Below are positions 15,301-20,000 of a DNA stretch of 20,000 nucleotides, in pieces. How positions within the stretch are numbered: the stretch's first letter is position 1; each line of letters opens with the position of its first letter. The stretch lies in IMG/VR virus record IMGVR_UViG_3300003690_002253; one strand, given 5' to 3'. Under the pieces are notes generated by a model, which did no database searches, was not told where the DNA came from, and saw only the letters and a program-made list of their open reading frames with translations. Source of the DNA: an uncultured virus (IMG/VR IMGVR_UViG_3300003690_002253). Its lineage: Duplodnaviria > Heunggongvirae > Uroviricota > Caudoviricetes. Made by a program: the position numbers and the translations under genes.

Positions 15301-16992
15301 GTCCGCTGCCCGCCTCTTCCCAGCCGGGGACTTCGGGTCCAACGAGTCAACCGCATAGCCCTTGTCGGCGCGGCGCTGGTCGTCCTCGGAATCCCGTCGA
15401 TGTCCGGTCCGTTCGAAGAATTCTTCGTCCGTGGCGTGGTCGCCAGTGATATCGGTGTCATCCCAGCTCAGCAGATTACGACCCCGGCCCGGGTTCCCGA
15501 AGGTATTGACTACTGGTGGGGTGGTATTGACTACTAGTGGGGTACCTCCCGGACCCCGCAACATGTAGGCCCCGCCACCGAGTACACCAAGCCCACCGGC
15601 AACAGCAGCAGTAGGTTTGAGGTATTTCGTTAAAGCCCTCTGCGCTACCTTCTCATATCCCTGCTTCTCCGCTCCTGTCTTCACATACTTATCAATGCTG
15701 CCCTTCTCAGTAGTATCCGGCAAAAAGCTGCCAGCACCGGGAGCAGTTACAGAACCACCCTGAATAGAACCGCCCGTACCAGACTCCGGCAAAAAGCTAC
15801 CCGCATTAGGAGCAGTTACAGAGCCACCCTGAATATCTTTCGAGTTTTGCGGTTCAGGTATCAGCCCACGCAATCCGAAGCGGCGTTCAGCTTGGTTGTA
15901 ACCCGGTCCAAAATTTCTTGGGTGCGGAGAGGGCTGTTGTCCCTGAAGCTGTCCTTGGATGAAAGTGCCTGTCTCATTACGAGGTTCACCGGGAATTCCC
16001 GGGGGCAACTGATCAGTTTTAAGCTTCAACTCGTAGCGTTGTCGCTGCAACTCCTCAGCTTTTGCGCGACCAAGGGAACTCCCATAACCAGCGGGATTAA
16101 ACATGGATGGATTCCACGGTTCCATCACCTGTCCACTGTCGGGTTCCTTCATGAGGGGCAGCTCCTGACCCGTCTTCACGTACTTATCAATGCCAGCCGT
16201 TTCCCATGTACCCGGAGCGGGGGGCTTTATCTCTGGTGGCACTGGCAGGCCACCTCGGAGCGATTTCAGGAAAGTTCGATCCACTTGTCGTTCACTTTGG
16301 GCTTTAGTTCGAGCCGCTTTTCGGTCGCCTCTAGCTAAAATTCGATCGACCCGACGATAAGTTCTCGGTGTAGCAGGCTTGTCACCACCACGAGGTTTTT
16401 GCTCACCTTGGGGTTTAATTCGGTCCACTTTTCGTTCGCCTTTAGCTACCATTCGGTCGGTCTGCCGCTGCTGCCGATCTCCTTGGCGTGTACTCTGACG
16501 GTAAGCTCTCTCGTCTGTCTTCGCATCTCCCGTCTTCATGAACTTGCTCAGACTCTCCCATGCAGCAGGACCAGTCGCGTGATCCTCGTCACGTGTGGTG
16601 AAGCTGACACCATTGTCCTCACCAGTAGAGGAACGCTGATCCTTGCTGTTGTCCTGAGCTGCATATTTATTAACGGCAGGAAATGCCATCTGGTTGCTCT
16701 GGTTTAGCTGATTAATGCTCGCCTGAACATCTTCAAGTCCTGCTCCACTGATATTGGCAGAGGACGCGTACGGATTCTGTGGGCCTTCGTTACCGGCACC
16801 AGCACCAAGTGAAGCGGCTCCTGCATATGGGAAGCTCTTACTCATGGGCCCTAAATGAGTAGGGGCATTCCCTACACCCGGCAATCCGGGGACGGGAGAC
16901 TGCTGGACAGCATTCTGGCCGCCAAGCATGCCCATGCCGTCGACATTTAAGCCTGCGTTGTCCTGAGCCGCTTTTGTGCGTTTTTTAGCCAT
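12397..16992 (-). CDS. Very large modular low-complexity protein, putative polyprotein or internal virion protein
   Basis: 1531-aa ORF with AGGA upstream. Many K-Y-[AVG], K-T-G and EK-x-[AG] sites, internal duplications and several Gly-zipper hydrophobic segments. Confidence 0.9.
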   Translation of the reverse strand: MAKKRTKAAQDNAGLNVDGMGMLGGQNAVQQSPVPGLPGVGNAPTHLGPMSKSFPYAGAASLGAGAGNEGPQNPYASSANISGAGLEDVQASINQLNQSNQMAFPAVNKYAAQDNSKDQRSSTGEDNGVSFTTRDEDHATGPAAWESLSKFMKTGDAKTDERAYRQSTRQGDRQQRQTDRMVAKGERKVDRIKPQGEQKPRGGDKPATPRTYRRVDRILARGDRKAARTKAQSERQVDRTFLKSLRGGLPVPPEIKPPAPGTWETAGIDKYVKTGQELPLMKEPDSGQVMEPWNPSMFNPAGYGSSLGRAKAEELQRQRYELKLKTDQLPPGIPGEPRNETGTFIQGQLQGQQPSPHPRNFGPGYNQAERRFGLRGLIPEPQNSKDIQGGSVTAPNAGSFLPESGTGGSIQGGSVTAPGAGSFLPDTTEKGSIDKYVKTGAEKQGYEKVAQRALTKYLKPTAAVAGGLGVLGGGAYMLRGPGGTPLVVNTTPPVVNTFGNPGRGRNLLSWDDTDITGDHATDEEFFERTGHRRDSEDDQRRADKGYAVDSLDPKSPAGKRRAADTKWREEQDPKSDGVPATPLHTDQARQETLKQDAEATGLTAKDDKGDWLGDHWPQLAVGAGALGLGGYGLYKYLNRDKDDEHAEEEEDEDSYVDDAKEAMSKYAKKEKKKEHPKDRELFATTPDGKKIYRQNWRWEYIDEHGTEREHADFVDEDGNKAEPFGVGTQIASSVMDKYGKSEQPADQTPRHDCHGVHPNQTHEEWKASLEKAALSKYAMQPADQRPRHDCNAVHPDMKHEEWVREEFNNPPTRDWEREKERRTDAAVKDYLLGKNKQYPLSKDRRWSYNRPGLKLYEGTAPKELGPPMPVPKKVSTGKASTYAVPSPSDRVSAGLSAHQPRRPFVTGKPGGSDGWWARAADFASVHIPQDAIKMLKEAGYAPFPCAFFGGLINSGLAVELLPNALEKAAGLVGNEFITELRAVNIPQLLEKVAVPKSVVTPKKPIKGGLGSRGSNVINIPVRPDPEVTKTLATGLFTPPKKLDVPEGPASLSSPEKVKPKVTPTTPEGPPIPSTQRQVINQRRGESPAAYNRRRVEAGYQEIDLGAGSVLTGQPEQLELFPNIGRRKPLEQTHGPRQPNPASQQAIDEVTGKPTPERQLKLDFGEDADAAELIRLQRAETLRLDAEEADSRAARNTAALQALGTSPVTPAVPEPRPGSLTRKVIGGTVGGGVTLLAGQEAYDKLTNSPGAIEAIAEKLGIDLEMVAELGDPETKLGKLFIAAKEGKIIEHIIETEGHDKVKAMLLDKMGAGGFNLLGGMGENINKFTKSIGMDSLLGMVMGPEAVANMSPILKLLMIAGGALGVGGLISGNTTAGMAGLAMFILPMVFGSLFGGAEKANANAPGAGAGAGAGADADADAGANASLMAQLDQYVLPDARSGSDTNSEYNITYYEMGRHAGFSKAQVDAYFKQRNEAAATAAEPEIGASTIPSEEVPGGTAEEPGAVPTAPPEEEDTAVPKPTTDTGIPIPVP
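12730..12785. repeat. 12-bp tandem repeat, coding (GAGAGAGADADADAGA)
   Basis: Units agctccggcatc / agcatcggcatc / agctccggcacc / agctccggcacc / agctccgg. Confidence 0.85.
14587..14766 (-). repeat. Duplicated 23-aa His/Cys module (period 111 bp)
   Basis: QPADQTPRHDCHGVHPNQTHEEW (14698-14766) and QPADQRPRHDCNAVHPDMKHEEW (14587-14655). Confidence 0.9.
15716..15835 (-). repeat. Coding tandem duplication (period 69 bp)
   Basis: IQGGSVTAPNAGSFLPE and IQGGSVTAPGAGSFLPD at 15785-15835 and 15716-15766. Confidence 0.9.
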
Positions 16993-17035
16993 GTGTCAGT
17001 GTTCCTGTCTTCATGTACTGGTCAATGCAGCTATG

Positions 17036-18223
17036 TTACTCCCCCAGATCCGATGAGGAGCTATTTTGCTGATCCTCGTAAGCTCTCATGGCGTCACCAG
17101 CCATAGTCGCCGGGGCCATAGAAGCTCCCAAAGCTCCCATCCCTGTGAGACCAACCTGCATAAGAGAACCGCCAAGATAGCCTAGCCCTGCACCGCCTGC
17201 ACCGCCAAGAGCAGCCCCGGGAATGCCCACCATTAAAGCACGCTTGAGTACTTCACGAAGTCGACTTCGCTCTTCACCCTCTTCATCTTTTCCCGGGAAT
17301 GCGAGCCCGTGTAAACCACCAGCAAGTGCACCAGCACCTCCGACTAATAGACCACCTCCTATGCCGCCTGCTATGGCTCCCTCACGTGGCATACCCTTTC
17401 CCGCTTCCATCAGTCCTAGCGAGGCATCCATCAGCTCTGCCGTGTTGCTTGTTGTTTCCGGCTTCGCGTACTTATCAATGCCGCCCTTATTTAGTTGCCC
17501 GCCCGGCCTTTTGCCGCCAAAAGCTTTACTCATCTCAGCAGACAACGCGTTAGGGGCACCACCTATGAACTGACCAAGACGACGTGACCCGTGCGCAATA
17601 CTTTTGGCAGCATCCAAGTTTCTTGGGATACCTTGCCTGCTTCCAGCGTAAACGTGACTTCCAGACGGAGTAGACCTACCAGCTCCCGAACCCCACGGAG
17701 TAGCCTTGTGAGCACCCAACAACTGCTCTGGAGTAGCCGAATTATCAACATTGGCCCTTATCTGCATATTCGTGAGGCCGTGTTTATTCGTTGGTAAAGA
17801 GAAAGGAGCACGAGCATACTTATCAATACCGCCCTTTTCCCCAATGACTCGCCCTGTATTACTCTGGCGGTCTCGCATCAGCGTGTTACCCAAGTCGACC
17901 CCAGCCCGAAGCGGTCCTCCGGGTGTCATATACCGTGCCATTCCTCCCGCGAGGCCCATACCCGTGTCTTCCGCCACGGTCTGCCAAAATTCCGTGGGTG
18001 TTCTTCCCCCAAACCCCGGGGCGGAGCGACGTTCAGGGTCGAGGAACTTGTAGGGTGCGGTGGTAGGTTCTTCTCTATCTAATCGGGTGGGTTCGCCAAT
18101 GGTATCGAACTGAGCCGTTCGCGCGGGGGTCGGCTCTGGTACTTCCTGCCCCTTCTTCTCTAAATATCGCTGACAGATGGCAGCAGTACGTCCAAACCTG
18201 TCACTGGCTTCCTTAAGTTTCAT
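17036..18223 (-). CDS. Hypothetical protein with a divergent leader, two KGGIDKYA sites and a C-terminal Gly-zipper hairpin
   Basis: Start reassigned from 18298 to 18223 (MKLKEASDRFGRTAAICQRYLEKKG), which removes the overlap with the upstream gene. Two long Gly-rich hydrophobic segments near the C-terminus. Confidence 0.8.
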   Translation of the reverse strand: MKLKEASDRFGRTAAICQRYLEKKGQEVPEPTPARTAQFDTIGEPTRLDREEPTTAPYKFLDPERRSAPGFGGRTPTEFWQTVAEDTGMGLAGGMARYMTPGGPLRAGVDLGNTLMRDRQSNTGRVIGEKGGIDKYARAPFSLPTNKHGLTNMQIRANVDNSATPEQLLGAHKATPWGSGAGRSTPSGSHVYAGSRQGIPRNLDAAKSIAHGSRRLGQFIGGAPNALSAEMSKAFGGKRPGGQLNKGGIDKYAKPETTSNTAELMDASLGLMEAGKGMPREGAIAGGIGGGLLVGGAGALAGGLHGLAFPGKDEEGEERSRLREVLKRALMVGIPGAALGGAGGAGLGYLGGSLMQVGLTGMGALGASMAPATMAGDAMRAYEDQQNSSSSDLGE

Positions 18224-18260
18224 TTTTCTACCCTTGGTTACTAAAGAGATGTAAAAACTG

Positions 18261-18920
18261 TCATCTGGGTCGATCCTCACTACCAAGTGGGGGCTCACCG
18301 AGACCCGGAGGCACGCCTAGACCGCCACCGAGACCGCCACCAAGAGGAGGCCAACCGCGAAGAGGATTACCACCGGGACCGCCGCCGTACGCTGGGAAGG
18401 GCAGTGGAGATCGCTGAGGGCGTGAGTCCTTCGGAAGCTTGAAAGGAGAATCGTCGGGATATCCGCCCCGTGGCCCGAAGGGCGATCTACCGAATGGGTT
18501 AGTCGATGGGTCAGGCCGATCCGTTGGCATGAGGTCAAGAGGTGCCTCGCCTCGCTGCTCCCGTGGAATCGACGGTACGCCGTACTGATACGGGTCATAG
18601 CCGGGGCCATATCCCATATCTGCCCCTGTGTTAGTAGGGTCATTAATTGCACTATCCATCATCCCCCGGATATCCTCGGAACCGTGAATATCGCGTAGAC
18701 CTTCCATCGAGCCGAGGGCACTAGCACCAGCACCAGCCCGAGTAGCGGGATGATTACCCCAGTTTTTACCTGAGCTGCCGGGAGCAGTAGGTTCATAATT
18801 ACCCCAGTTTTTACCTAAGCTGCCGGGAGCAACAGGTTGCTGGGCCTGCTTATACATGGCATCCGCAGCACTGGAGCGAGCAATATTAGCTATGAGACTA
18901 ATTGTGTTTCTGTCTATCAT
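18261..18920 (-). CDS. Hypothetical Gly/Pro-rich protein with a divergent leader
   Basis: MIDRNTISLIANIARSSAADAMYKQA followed by QQPVAP. AAGGA upstream. Confidence 0.8.
   Translation of the reverse strand: MIDRNTISLIANIARSSAADAMYKQAQQPVAPGSLGKNWGNYEPTAPGSSGKNWGNHPATRAGAGASALGSMEGLRDIHGSEDIRGMMDSAINDPTNTGADMGYGPGYDPYQYGVPSIPREQRGEAPLDLMPTDRPDPSTNPFGRSPFGPRGGYPDDSPFKLPKDSRPQRSPLPFPAYGGGPGGNPLRGWPPLGGGLGGGLGVPPGLGEPPLGSEDRPR
18753..18831 (-). repeat. Coding tandem duplication (period 45 bp)
   Basis: 18753-18786 and 18798-18831 are 33/34 identical (APGS[LS]GKNWGN). Confidence 0.9.
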
Positions 18921-18962
18921 TCTAGAATTCCTTGTTATTGTTGTTTCTGCTCACACTACTAA

Positions 18963-19370
18963 TTAGGGCATGCCATATCTAAGACTATCAATATCCATAT
19001 CCCCGGTTTCTATCGGAAGCGTTTGTTGCGGTCTCTCTTCCTCTTTCTGTCCAGTTAGTTGCTTGTAGTAATTAAGGAGAGGATCGTATGTACGCCCACC
19101 AAGAGCACCAAGACCACCACCAGCAAGAGCACCAATTAAGGCACCTCTACCGCCTCCCAGCAGTCCACCACCCAAAGCACCAATCCCAAGGCCACCTACT
19201 CCACCAATAATGGAGCTTTTGGCTTCAGGAGAAAGACCTTCCCAGTAACCCTTGACCGTGTCGCCAATAGAGCCGAACGAATCACCAATAGAACCCCAGT
19301 CAACAGCAAGCTTGACTTCTTCTCCACGGGCAGCCGCACGGGCAATATAGGCAATCAATTCCGCATTCAT
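18963..19370 (-). CDS. Small glycine-zipper membrane protein with a divergent leader
   Basis: MNAELIAYIARAAARGEEVKLA, then IIGGVGGLGIGALGGGLLGGGRGALIGALAGGGLGALGG (GxxxG repeats). Confidence 0.8.
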   Translation of the reverse strand: MNAELIAYIARAAARGEEVKLAVDWGSIGDSFGSIGDTVKGYWEGLSPEAKSSIIGGVGGLGIGALGGGLLGGGRGALIGALAGGGLGALGGRTYDPLLNYYKQLTGQKEEERPQQTLPIETGDMDIDSLRYGMP

Positions 19371-19387
19371 GCTGTAAATTCCACCAT

Positions 19388-19999
19388 TTAAAATTCTCGC
19401 GGCACCGACTGTGACGGCAGGGCACGGAGCGGCCCGCGACGTCCTGCCATGGTCAGGTCAAGGTCACTCATCCAGCCCGGATCGGGAGCAACAGGTTGCT
19501 GGGCCTGCTTATTCAAACCCGGAAACTTGGCCGCTTCCTCTGCTACCTGATTATCATCCCAATCCGGATAAGCCTGTCGAATAGCTGATTGAGGGTTTAA
19601 CCCCTGACTCATGAGACCCTGAACACGAGCTGCATCTGCCTTCTTTTCCAGCTTCTCAACCGTCTTTCCAAACAGCATACAAGCCAGCTTGAGACGCTGT
19701 GGTTTACAGAATCGAAGCTCAATGTAAGCCTTTTTCTCCCGCTTAAGACGCAGTGAAGAGTCAGAATTACCAAACAAGTCACACAATTTATTAGCCATGG
19801 CGTGCTTTCGCAACGCTTTATGTACAGTTTCTTTCATCTCATGCTGCCGATTCAAAGGGGGTGAAGAAGGGTTGTAAGCACCCATTTTGGGGACACGCCC
19901 TGCGGCGATCCTTCTCGCCATACGCTCACGAGTATTTCGATCTACAGCCCGCTGAAGCTGCTCTTCTTCTTTACGTCGCTTTTTCTCTCTAGTATTAAA
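19388..19999 (-). CDS. Hypothetical K-x-A-punctuated protein, partial (start beyond the right edge)
   Basis: The frame stays open upstream of the track's ATG at 19921 to the window edge (FNTREKKRRKEEEQLQRAVDRNTRER). Contains RKHA, EKKA twice, KLA and KQA followed by QQPVAP. Confidence 0.8.
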   Translation of the reverse strand, partial: FNTREKKRRKEEEQLQRAVDRNTRERMARRIAAGRVPKMGAYNPSSPPLNRQHEMKETVHKALRKHAMANKLCDLFGNSDSSLRLKREKKAYIELRFCKPQRLKLACMLFGKTVEKLEKKADAARVQGLMSQGLNPQSAIRQAYPDWDDNQVAEEAAKFPGLNKQAQQPVAPDPGWMSDLDLTMAGRRGPLRALPSQSVPREF

Positions 20000-20000
20000 A

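Noticed and set aside
1..20000. Stop-codon reassignment, as in some large phages
   Set aside because: TAA, TAG (1263, 4264) and TGA (847, 2603, 3399) all end genes at natural family boundaries, and coding density is high under the standard code.

Overview
The window is gene-dense and every credible gene lies on the minus strand (standard code). No hallmark viral gene is present, but the content fits a large tailed-phage genome (inference). The left part (1-6331) holds two virion-like beta-rich hypothetical proteins, a small membrane protein, a five-gene glycan-modification cassette (DegT-family aminotransferase, two paralogous GT-A-like proteins, a RimJ/RimL GNAT, a sulfotransferase) and three small membrane proteins. 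The right part (6405-20000) is an array of 11 mostly unrelated Pro/Gly-rich proteins. Six consecutive ones start with a ~19-aa leader, M-x(3-4)-[KH][IM]A[QN]LGRL[AS]AM[EG]K-x-[AG], split in one gene, and three more carry divergent versions. K-x-[AG] sites also punctuate a 1531-aa protein, and modules following such sites are shared at DNA level between genes. My best model is a leader-targeted, protease-matured cargo or polyprotein system, analogous to but distinct from the T4 capsid-targeting-sequence internal proteins. Its cargo includes an HExxH metallopeptidase-like domain and glycine-zipper membrane helices. A ~400-bp gap inside the array folds by eye into a multi-helix minus-strand RNA that I do not recognise.
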